Origin: Planctomycetota bacterium
Lineage (GTDB): Bacteria; Planctomycetota; SZUA-567; H5-PLA8
Assembly: GCA_037129555.1 (NCBI GenBank)
Contig: JBAXUS010000007.1
Location: forward strand, 5,525-69,524
DNA: 64,000 nt
Reading direction: 5' to 3'
In this document: in pieces, positions 56,327 through 64,000 of the stretch
Position numbering within the stretch: position 1 is the stretch's first letter
Layout of the letters: every line of letters starts with the position of its first letter
Notes under the pieces: model-generated
Told to the model about the DNA's origin: nothing
The model's input: the letters and a program-made list of their open reading frames with translations, nothing else
Databases searched by the model: none
Made by a program: the position numbers and the translations under genes

Positions 56327-57429
56327 ACAAAATAACCCTATTCCTCGTCTCCGTAATTGTTGTCTTAGCACTCTTTCTACTCAATTATTTTGTGGTAGAT
56401 AAGCATCCGCCAGCCACGTCAACAGCTGCAAGTCACGGGATGATTTTTAAAGAGCTGAACGCCGGAGCGATGACCACTATCTCGCTCAAGAAAGGCAGCG
56501 TCACGATCGAGCTTGTCCGCAAAGACAAGGAATGGCTCATGCCATTGCAGAAGAATCGTGTCGCCAAGATTGATCGCATCAATAAGCTGCTCTCCGATTT
56601 AGAAAGCACCTATTGCAGCGGTCAACGCACTGCCAAGACGCTTGAGCCCTTCGAACTGGCTCCATCAAACCGTGTCGAATTAGTCATGGAAGGTAATGGT
56701 AAGAAGACCTCTCTCTATATCGGCAAGAATATTCCCGAGACAGGCAGCTTCGTGCAGCGCGATTCGACCAGTTCAGTATTGGAAGTAGACAAGTTCCTTG
56801 CAACCAGCGCAGGTGTTCGAGAAGATAAAGGTGTCACTGTTCTCGATCCAGTCTTCTTTTACGACCTCAAGATTTTCTCGGATAGTGCCGACGACGCAAT
56901 TGATGTGGTGATCAAGAAGGGCAACGAAGTCTTCCGCGTTCAAAAAGTATTGCCCGGAAAAGGTCCTCTGGTCGCCAATCAGAAATTGGATAAAGATGAC
57001 AAGCCTGAATGGTGGATCACCGAACCCGAAGGCGGCCCAGCCGACGAATCAAAAGTACGTAACATATGCTCAACGATGCTGAATTTGACCGGCAAAGGTT
57101 ATGCAGACGAACTAGCAGAAAAGGATCGCGGATTCGACAAATCCCCAGCCAAGATAGTAATCCGCTTGAAAGACGGCGCAGAACGTTCGATGACGTTTGG
57201 TAAGATTGATAACGATGACGTCTTAGTTAGCGCAATCGGAAAGTCCGATGTCTTCAAAGTCAACAAATACGTCTTCGACACATGTACAAAGACAGACGAA
57301 ATCAAGAAGAAGGAAGAGAAGAAAGAAGAGTCAGCCGCCCCAGCACCATCGGTCACGCCGCCAGCTCCTGTCACTCCGCCCAAGATAGATGGACCGAAAG
57401 TGCCAGTCATTCCGGCACCCAAGAAATAG
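56323..57429 (+). CDS. DUF4340-like protein with a Pro-rich tail
   Basis: N-terminal TM segment. ATGA overlap with the GldG-like gene. This is the usual fourth gene of such operons. Confidence 0.6.
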   Translation: MNKITLFLVSVIVVLALFLLNYFVVDKHPPATSTAASHGMIFKELNAGAMTTISLKKGSVTIELVRKDKEWLMPLQKNRVAKIDRINKLLSDLESTYCSGQRTAKTLEPFELAPSNRVELVMEGNGKKTSLYIGKNIPETGSFVQRDSTSSVLEVDKFLATSAGVREDKGVTVLDPVFFYDLKIFSDSADDAIDVVIKKGNEVFRVQKVLPGKGPLVANQKLDKDDKPEWWITEPEGGPADESKVRNICSTMLNLTGKGYADELAEKDRGFDKSPAKIVIRLKDGAERSMTFGKIDNDDVLVSAIGKSDVFKVNKYVFDTCTKTDEIKKKEEKKEESAAPAPSVTPPAPVTPPKIDGPKVPVIPAPKK

Positions 57430-57465
57430 CAGTTAAGAATTAAACGTTACAGTTACTGAATACGC

Positions 57466-57499
57466 AGAAAGCCCGGCACAATCGCCGGGCTTTCTTTTT
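57466..57499 (+). terminator. Rho-independent terminator
   Basis: agaaagcccggc-acaatc-gccgggctttct followed by tttt. Confidence 0.92.
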
Positions 57500-57560
57500 A
57501 ATTAATCCAAATCGAATATGAGGAAATATAACCGCTGTTTTTGTTACCACTTCCGCCTTT

Positions 57561-57591
57561 CCTCTGCTGTTCCTCTGTGCCCTCTGTGGTT
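57561..57591. repeat. 31-nt CCTCTG-triplet element, copy B
   Basis: cctctgctgttcctctgtgccctctgtggtt. Confidence 0.9.
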
Positions 57592-57618
57592 AAAATATGT
57601 TTTAAGTTTAAATTGGGT

Positions 57619-58794
57619 TTAGAGCGCGAAGTGTCGAATAGCTTCAATCGCAGCTTGAGAAATCAAAACGCTAAGCATCCCGCTGACTGCAAACAGGATC
57701 ATGAATTCATAAGCAAATAGTGAACCGATAGCATTCCGCGAACATCCCATTTTGACCATCACGCTAAACTCATCGCGTCTATTTCGCAACGTCAACAACA
57801 CCACAATAGCGAGAAACGCAAACACGCCCAAAGCCGTCATTACAAAGTAAGTGTCGAATATCTTTTTGACATTAAACACCAGCTTCATCAGCCCCGCGAT
57901 CACAACGTCAGGCACGACCGCCTCGTACTCGTCGCCCGCATTAATCGCCCCCTTCAACATCGTCCCGCTTTTATCACTGCTCGGAGCCACAATGATGGCC
58001 GTCAGCGGGAATTCTTTTTCATCGCCATGAAAATGAAACGATCGAATATTCTCGCTCGTGACTTCCCGAAACTCGACAACCCCTTTTCCCAGGATCGCCT
58101 GAACTTGAGCATTCACCGCTTCAGGCGAGGGTGCCGACGGACCCGTAATCGTCGCCGCGTGTTCAATCACATTGTCATGCCCGTGCCCAAGCCCCTCCAC
58201 CGTCCAAACCGTCTTGATGTCCGTAAAAACCGCACGATCATCCGGCGTTCCGTTCGATTTCAAAATCCCCGTCACGTTCAACTTGAACGGATAGTCATGC
58301 GCGACATTGAGAAAACTCGAAATATCAGTTCGAAGAGATCCACCGGTTTTCAGATTCAATTTTTGAGCGACAACCGATCCGACAACACAATCCCCGAGTA
58401 GCATGGGCAGTTCACCATCGTCGAGTTGCAACGCGCGGAAATCGAAATACTCAGTGACCGTGCCGATGAGTGGAAACCCGCCAGCCGTGAGTCGATTCGA
58501 AATCGGCAGCACGAGCCCCGCATGTTTATCGCGCAAATCAGCAACGAGTTTCTGCGGAACCGGCGGCGGCTTGGGCCCTTCGAAATAGAGCGTGTTCAGC
58601 GTGAGTTGATGCTCGTTCGCTCGACGTCCAACCACAAGCGGCGTCGCCCGGGCACGATTGCCGTAGACCTCTTCAGCGACTCGAGCGGCGCGCGAAACGA
58701 CGATAGGGAACGCGATCACGAGCGTCAGGCCGGCGATAAGCAGCACAGAGATGGCGCGATTGTACAGAACGTGTCGCCACGCAAGAAAGAACAT
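57619..58794 (-). CDS. FtsX/MacB-type ABC permease (no adjacent ATPase)
   Basis: N-terminal TM segment, a large periplasmic domain, and a C-terminal 3-TM FtsX-like bundle. Confidence 0.75.
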   Translation of the reverse strand: MFFLAWRHVLYNRAISVLLIAGLTLVIAFPIVVSRAARVAEEVYGNRARATPLVVGRRANEHQLTLNTLYFEGPKPPPVPQKLVADLRDKHAGLVLPISNRLTAGGFPLIGTVTEYFDFRALQLDDGELPMLLGDCVVGSVVAQKLNLKTGGSLRTDISSFLNVAHDYPFKLNVTGILKSNGTPDDRAVFTDIKTVWTVEGLGHGHDNVIEHAATITGPSAPSPEAVNAQVQAILGKGVVEFREVTSENIRSFHFHGDEKEFPLTAIIVAPSSDKSGTMLKGAINAGDEYEAVVPDVVIAGLMKLVFNVKKIFDTYFVMTALGVFAFLAIVVLLTLRNRRDEFSVMVKMGCSRNAIGSLFAYEFMILFAVSGMLSVLISQAAIEAIRHFAL

Positions 58795-58960
58795 GGGAGA
58801 AATCCGCCTTTTCCGAACGCGCCCGACTGCTTCAAAGTGCGCTTGTGTATACAGGATTGAGCGTTGAATTCAAGAAAGGGCGCTTGAATTTCACGCGCTA
58901 TTCGCGAATCTTGTCCACATGATTTGTTTCGAAAGACTCCCCGCCACGCGTCGCAACATA

Positions 58961-60721
58961 ATGTATTCCAGCGTCCTGCTGACGTGTGTGTTGCTCGGAG
59001 TCCTCTCAAACGCGCGCGCGGAAGAAGGGCGGCGGATTGCCTTGTTGATCAGCGTCCGCGAGACGCGCGAACCGCGCCTGCACCGGCTTTGGTTCAGCGA
59101 CGATGATATTCGCGGCCTCGCTGCCGTGCTTCCGAACTTCGGATTTTCGCAGAACAACATCACCATTCTGACCCAGCACAATGCCTTGGACACGGACGTG
59201 CCCGACGCGATTTCGATGCGCAGCAACATCCGCGCCGGGGTGAAGAAGCTGTGCAAAGAAGCGCGCCCCGACGACACGATTCTGATCGCATTTTCCGGGC
59301 ATGGCGTTCAATTGCGCCGGGACGGTCGGATTTATCTATGCCCGCCGGAGACGACGTTGGCCGACACGTCAACGATGATCGCGCTCGACGACATCCTGCG
59401 CGAAATGGGGCCGCAATGCAAAGCGAAACTCAAGCTGATGATGGTCGATGCCTGTCGAAACGATCCAACGGATCCGCGCCCGGACATCACTCCCCGCGCA
59501 TCCGTTCCGGACCTGCCGCTGAATGTTGCGCTGTATTTGAGTTGCTCAAAAGGACAGCAATCACTTGAAACCGGGAAGGTGTTGCACGGCATATTTTTTC
59601 ATCACATCATCCAAGGATTATCAGGAGCAGCACGCGACGTCAACGGCGACATCACGCTGAAATCACTCGAAGACCTCGTTGCCCGCGAAGTGCCGATGAC
59701 GCGGTTGAAATACAGCCCGAAATCGCGAACCATTCAAACGCCGGAGTTTCACACATCGATCCGCGAACGCATTGTCCTGGGGCGCGTGGAAAACGCCGAA
59801 CCGATGCCAATCTCGATTCGCGGACAAAGCGTTTCGCCGACGGCCGCGTTGTACACGCAATGGACCACTGATTTCAACAAAGCAAATCCCGGCACAAAAG
59901 TCGATTTTCACTCCGGCGGATTTACCGGAATCAAAGCACTCAACGAACGCACGGCGCTCGTCGTTGCCACCGACTCAAAGATGTCACCGACCGAACTTTT
60001 CGGTCAACCCGAAGTCATCCAAATCCCCTCGGTCTCCACAGCCGTCGTCCCGATTTTCAATCTGCAAGGCATCCAGAATGTAACGCTCGACGCGACGACA
60101 TTCGCAGAGATTTACTTGGGTCGCATCGTGAATTGGAATGATCCAAAAATAGCAACGATCAATCCCGGAATCGTGCTTCCGGACCGCCACATCATCGTCG
60201 TTCATCCCGCTGATGAAACGCAGCCCGGTCGCATCGTTTCGGATTTTCTCCGCGATACGAATCCGGATTGGGCCGCCAAACAAAAGCCCGGACAAAAAGT
60301 CAACTGGCCGATTGGCGCTGCCGGAAATGGAACCCCCGACATCGCCCGGATTGTGAAATACGTCGAAGGAGCAATTGCCTTTGTTGAATTGGAATTTGTC
60401 GAAAAGGCGCAGAAGGCGATTCAGAAAGATAGCCCCGTCACGACGCCATCAACAATCACCATCATCACAAATAAAGTCTCCGACGAACCGCGAGACCCGT
60501 TTCCAATTCGCGGCACGACCTACCTGTCGCTCTTTCGCGATTTGAGTTACATAAAAGATCGCAAACAGGCGGAGAACGTCGTGACATTTCTCCGCTGGTG
60601 CTACTCGGATGGAATGAAGTCGGCAGGACCGACGTTTGGTGCGTTAAAAAGCGAGTACAAAAACGAAGTCGAAGAAGCGCTGAAATCTATATCCATTGAC
60701 GGCAGCAAACTCGCGCCTTGA
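58961..60721 (+). CDS. Exported caspase-family (peptidase C14) domain fused to a PstS-like periplasmic binding domain
   Basis: Signal peptide MYSSVLLTCVLLGVLSNARA. His and Cys dyad in AFSGHGV and MVDACRND. The C-terminal half aligns with E. coli PstS. Confidence 0.8.
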   Translation: MYSSVLLTCVLLGVLSNARAEEGRRIALLISVRETREPRLHRLWFSDDDIRGLAAVLPNFGFSQNNITILTQHNALDTDVPDAISMRSNIRAGVKKLCKEARPDDTILIAFSGHGVQLRRDGRIYLCPPETTLADTSTMIALDDILREMGPQCKAKLKLMMVDACRNDPTDPRPDITPRASVPDLPLNVALYLSCSKGQQSLETGKVLHGIFFHHIIQGLSGAARDVNGDITLKSLEDLVAREVPMTRLKYSPKSRTIQTPEFHTSIRERIVLGRVENAEPMPISIRGQSVSPTAALYTQWTTDFNKANPGTKVDFHSGGFTGIKALNERTALVVATDSKMSPTELFGQPEVIQIPSVSTAVVPIFNLQGIQNVTLDATTFAEIYLGRIVNWNDPKIATINPGIVLPDRHIIVVHPADETQPGRIVSDFLRDTNPDWAAKQKPGQKVNWPIGAAGNGTPDIARIVKYVEGAIAFVELEFVEKAQKAIQKDSPVTTPSTITIITNKVSDEPRDPFPIRGTTYLSLFRDLSYIKDRKQAENVVTFLRWCYSDGMKSAGPTFGALKSEYKNEVEEALKSISIDGSKLAP

Positions 60722-60736
60722 TACCAACCGTCTTCG

Positions 60737-62242
60737 TTACTCCTTACTCATCTTCTCAATGACTTTCGACGTGCTGCGTCCTTCCACCAAGGGCAACAGT
60801 GCTACGCGCCCGCCACTGGCCTCGACAATATCCCAGCCCACAACATCCTGCTTTGTTTTATAATCAGCGCCCTTACACAGCACGTGCGGCTGAATGGCTT
60901 TGATGATTTCCAACGGCGTGTCTTCTCCAAAGAGAACGACGGCGTCGACGCACGCCATGCCCGAGATCAACCGCGAGCGGTCGCCTTCCGGATTCACCGG
61001 TCGGTTCGGTCCTTTGTTCAAACGGCGGACCGAGTCGTCCGTATTGATCGCGACGATCAGCACGTCGCCGAGTTGGCGAGCGCTTTCCAGATACGTCATG
61101 TGGCCGAGATGAAGGATGTCGAAACAACCGTTAGTGAAGACAACCTTCTTATTCTCTTTGCGTAATCGCGCTGCAAATTCGGCGGCTTGCGCCACTGTCA
61201 TCAGCTTCTTTCGCGAGCTGGGATAACTGGCTCCGAGGGCTTCAAGAAGTTCGAAATCAGTGATCGTGTGCGTCGCGAATTTCGATGCCATGACCGCACC
61301 GGCCAAATTACCGAGCCAGACACTTTCGACGACGGGCACACCCGCTGCGAGCGCCAAGCACGTGGCCGCCGCGACAGCGTCTCCGGCACCGGCTTCGTCT
61401 TTCGCCACGAGGTTTCGTCCCGGGAATGATTGCGTTGATCCATCATGTTGGGCGAGCGAAATGCCGTTCGCACCGCGCGTCACGACGACGTGATCGACAT
61501 GCAAACCATCACGAAGTTGTGCGGCCATGCGTTCGCACTCGCTGTCGTCTACAATGGAATGAATCGAGAGGATCGACGAATCGTGTGCCGCAAGGAATGT
61601 CTTCGCTTCACCGAAATTGGGTTTGACGAGTGTGGCTCCGGCATATCGTTTCCAGTCTTTTCCTTTCGGATCAACCAGCACCGGTTTGCCAGCCGCTCCG
61701 CGAATTGCAGCCGCGCAGACCGCATCAGACAAAACGCCTTTGGCGTAATCGCTGAGCAAAATGGCGTCGGCATTTTTCGCTTCGGATTCAGCGAGAGCCG
61801 CGAGGGCGTCGATGGTTGTTTGAGAATACGACGCGCGTGGATCGCGATCCACGCGGACGACATGCTGGCGTCCCGACACGATACGGAGTTTCAGCGTGGT
61901 TCGGATCGACGCGTCCCGAATGATGGCATGCGTCTCGATCCTCAATCCAGTCGCACCATCAAGAAATTGCCGCGCTTCCGGATCGTCCCCGACCACGCAA
62001 CACAACGACACTTTCGCTCCGAGCGAGACGAGCAGTTTGGCGACATTGGCCGCGCCACCGAGCAGATATTCCTCGCGATCAATGTCAACAACTTGGACTG
62101 GCGCTTCAGGCGAAAGTCGCGAGGAGTGGCCATAGATGTAGCCGTCCAACATGCCGTCGCCAACGACCAGAATTCGGCGTCCGGTCATGGAGTGGAGGAG
62201 GGCCTGGACGGCATTTTGATCGGGCTCTTGGAACGATGTCAT
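60737..62242 (-). CDS. hldE: Bifunctional D-beta-D-heptose 7-phosphate kinase / D-beta-D-heptose 1-phosphate adenylyltransferase
   Basis: N-terminal ribokinase-like domain (GAGDAV). C-terminal cytidylyltransferase domain (FTNGCFDILHLGH). Confidence 0.9.
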   Translation of the reverse strand: MTSFQEPDQNAVQALLHSMTGRRILVVGDGMLDGYIYGHSSRLSPEAPVQVVDIDREEYLLGGAANVAKLLVSLGAKVSLCCVVGDDPEARQFLDGATGLRIETHAIIRDASIRTTLKLRIVSGRQHVVRVDRDPRASYSQTTIDALAALAESEAKNADAILLSDYAKGVLSDAVCAAAIRGAAGKPVLVDPKGKDWKRYAGATLVKPNFGEAKTFLAAHDSSILSIHSIVDDSECERMAAQLRDGLHVDHVVVTRGANGISLAQHDGSTQSFPGRNLVAKDEAGAGDAVAAATCLALAAGVPVVESVWLGNLAGAVMASKFATHTITDFELLEALGASYPSSRKKLMTVAQAAEFAARLRKENKKVVFTNGCFDILHLGHMTYLESARQLGDVLIVAINTDDSVRRLNKGPNRPVNPEGDRSRLISGMACVDAVVLFGEDTPLEIIKAIQPHVLCKGADYKTKQDVVGWDIVEASGGRVALLPLVEGRSTSKVIEKMSKE

Positions 62243-62300
62243 GGAGTGCTGAATCCTGATTCAGATAAAATGACTAGGCGATGCGTTGAGTTCTTATTCG

Positions 62301-63254
62301 TCACGCTCCGGCGTTGAGAATTGAGACGTAATCGGTCACGCCATCTTCGAGCGAATGGAAAGGCTGGGTCAATCCGGATGCCCGTAGCTTTTCCATTTTT
62401 GCTTCTGTGAAATACTGGTACTTGCCTTTGAGATCGTCGGGCATGGGGATGTACTGAATGTTTGCTTTCAAGTTAAGGGAGTGGAAAACAGCGGTGGACA
62501 AATCGGCGAACGAACGTGCTTTACCGGTCCCGACATTGAAGAGAGCCCCAACATTTTCGCGCGGAGCCCGAGCGCAATGCAGGACTGCTGCGACGACATC
62601 TTTGACATACACAAAATCGCGCATCTGTCCGCCGTCTGGAATGCCCGGTCGGTCCGACGCGAAAAGTTTGACCTCGCCCGTTTTCTTGATTTGATTGAAC
62701 GAATGAAACACAACGGACGCCATACGGTTCTTGTGATTTTCGTGCGGTCCATACACGTTAAAAAATTTCAGTCCCGCCCATCCGTTTGGCGTCACCGTTT
62801 GCTGCAACGCCCAGAGGTCAAAAAGTTGCTTGGATTCACCGTAAATGTTCAACGGTTTCAGCATCGCAGGATCGCCGCGGTCGTCATAACCGTTCGATCC
62901 GTCGCCATAGGTTGCGGCGCTGGACGCGTACACGAATCGGACGTTATGCGTCGTACAAAAATTCCAAAGGGTCTGCGTGTAATCGAAATTATTGCGCATC
63001 ATGAACGCGCGATCACTGCACGTCGTATCACTGCACGCGCCCATGTGGAGAATGAGCGAGACCTTCGCCGCGTTGCGATCCAGCCAAGAAAAAAGCGCGT
63101 CGCGTTCAACGAAATCGCGAATGTGCATGCGTTCCAAGTACGGTGTCAAATCGCGCGATACATCGACCGCGACGATGTCATCGCGCCCCTCCGCGTTCAA
63201 TGTGCTGACAATATTCGCGCCGATAAACCCGGCGGCGCCTGTGACCACGATCAT
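62301..63254 (-). CDS. hldD: ADP-glyceromanno-heptose 6-epimerase
   Basis: MIVVTGAAGFIGANIV, ASSAATYG, YGESK, FNVYGPHENHK, YIPMPDDLKGKYQYFT. It aligns with E. coli HldD. ATG 63254 follows GGGAGG. Confidence 0.92.
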   Translation of the reverse strand: MIVVTGAAGFIGANIVSTLNAEGRDDIVAVDVSRDLTPYLERMHIRDFVERDALFSWLDRNAAKVSLILHMGACSDTTCSDRAFMMRNNFDYTQTLWNFCTTHNVRFVYASSAATYGDGSNGYDDRGDPAMLKPLNIYGESKQLFDLWALQQTVTPNGWAGLKFFNVYGPHENHKNRMASVVFHSFNQIKKTGEVKLFASDRPGIPDGGQMRDFVYVKDVVAAVLHCARAPRENVGALFNVGTGKARSFADLSTAVFHSLNLKANIQYIPMPDDLKGKYQYFTEAKMEKLRASGLTQPFHSLEDGVTDYVSILNAGA

Positions 63255-63414
63255 GCAAGACCTCCCAAAATGCAAGCATTCATCCTACTCGGTTTGCGTC
63301 AATAAATCATCTGTGTTTGGATGGAGTGTTATCGTTTTATCGGCGTAGTCCAGGATCATGGTGTAGACGATATTCAGTGTTCGAAACATTTTTCATTGAG
63401 GAGTTGATCTGAGA

Positions 63415-64000
63415 ATGATGCTTAAAAAATATTGTCTGACCGCTGCGATGTTGTTCTGCATAGCCGCTGGTTCCTTCGCGTCCGAATGGACCGTCAAGGA
63501 TGATGTCAACACGGTTGAAGACGCGAAGCTAACGCCGCCCGGGCGCAAAGTCGATGTCGCGCTTGACGGGAAATTGGTCGCTCGATTTATTTATGGCGAG
63601 GGACAATTCAAGCCGTATCTCCACGTCTACGGAGAAGACGGCGATTGCCTAACCCAATGGGATCCCAAGCAGACCTTTCCGCATCATCGCGGAATTTTCA
63701 TCGGCTGGAACAAAATCGGTTCGGACCTCGGTGGCTCTGTAAAAAAGGGTACGACAACGATTGATCCGAAGGGAACATTTGATCTTTGGCACTTCAACAA
63801 CGGCGGGAAGATGGAGGTGTTAAAGTTTGAGAAATTGGAAGGCGGCAAAGACAACGCGACCCTCGTCGCGACCATCGCGTGGCGAGCTGGAAATAAAGAT
63901 GCGTCGGGAAGCGATCTGTTGATGACTGAAACACGGACGATAGTAATTTCGCGACCGTCGGCTAAGAAGACTCAAGTCGACGCCTCATTCGAATTAACCG
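63415..64000 (+). CDS. Secreted PmoA-like (DUF6807) protein, N-terminal part (3' end outside window)
   Basis: Absent from the ORF track because it has no stop codon. GAGGAG lies 10 nt before ATGATG. My translation is MMLKKYCLTAAMLFCIAAGSFASEW...FKPYLHVYGEDGDCLTQWDPKQTFPHHRGIFIGWNKI...FDLWHF, open to nt 64000. Confidence 0.55.
   Translation, partial: MMLKKYCLTAAMLFCIAAGSFASEWTVKDDVNTVEDAKLTPPGRKVDVALDGKLVARFIYGEGQFKPYLHVYGEDGDCLTQWDPKQTFPHHRGIFIGWNKIGSDLGGSVKKGTTTIDPKGTFDLWHFNNGGKMEVLKFEKLEGGKDNATLVATIAWRAGNKDASGSDLLMTETRTIVISRPSAKKTQVDASFELT

Overview
The window looks like a chromosomal, mostly housekeeping stretch from a PVC-superphylum bacterium, most likely Planctomycetota. The taxonomic call is inference from gene content: a DUF1552/DUF1592 pair, a PVC-type CxxCH heme-binding protein, two sulfatases with FGly motifs, DUF1080, GldG/DUF4340, a PmoA-like DUF6807, and normally operonic genes (rplC, sucD, ptsI) standing alone. 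I count about 50 supported CDS, including partial genes at both window edges that the ORF track misses or truncates. I found no rRNA, tRNA, CRISPR array, prophage or recognisable defence island. Confident calls are guaB-guaA, rplC, gltX, recG, sucD, ptsI, hldE-hldD, an LpxH-family diphosphatase and a gldA/F/G-like ABC operon followed by DUF4340. The best candidate for an undescribed system is the two-gene operon at 39706-43968. It pairs a NuoE-NuoF fusion with a 775-aa Fe-S protein in which two intact cyclic-nucleotide-binding domains replace the NuoG molybdopterin-like domain, and no catalytic partner is nearby. Other protein-level oddities are:
- an exported caspase fused to a degenerate PstS domain, divergent from an orphan FtsX permease
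- a YgfZ(Iba57)-TPR / IscA-fusion / bacilliredoxin operon
- a methyltransferase with a roughly 350-aa repetitive coiled coil
- a tandem rhodanese lacking the catalytic cysteine
- a receiver protein with a 4-Cys tail
The intergenic DNA is rich in repeat families: GTTTC/GAAAC hairpins and a heptamer microsatellite, a conserved CCTCTG-triplet element placed exactly 27 nt past two stop codons, a perfect 33-bp inverted repeat (MITE-like), a 27-bp inverted repeat, a five-hairpin composite, and recurring GAGCCG...CGGCTC hairpins. All functional calls come from reading motifs by eye and from memory of protein families. No searches were run.
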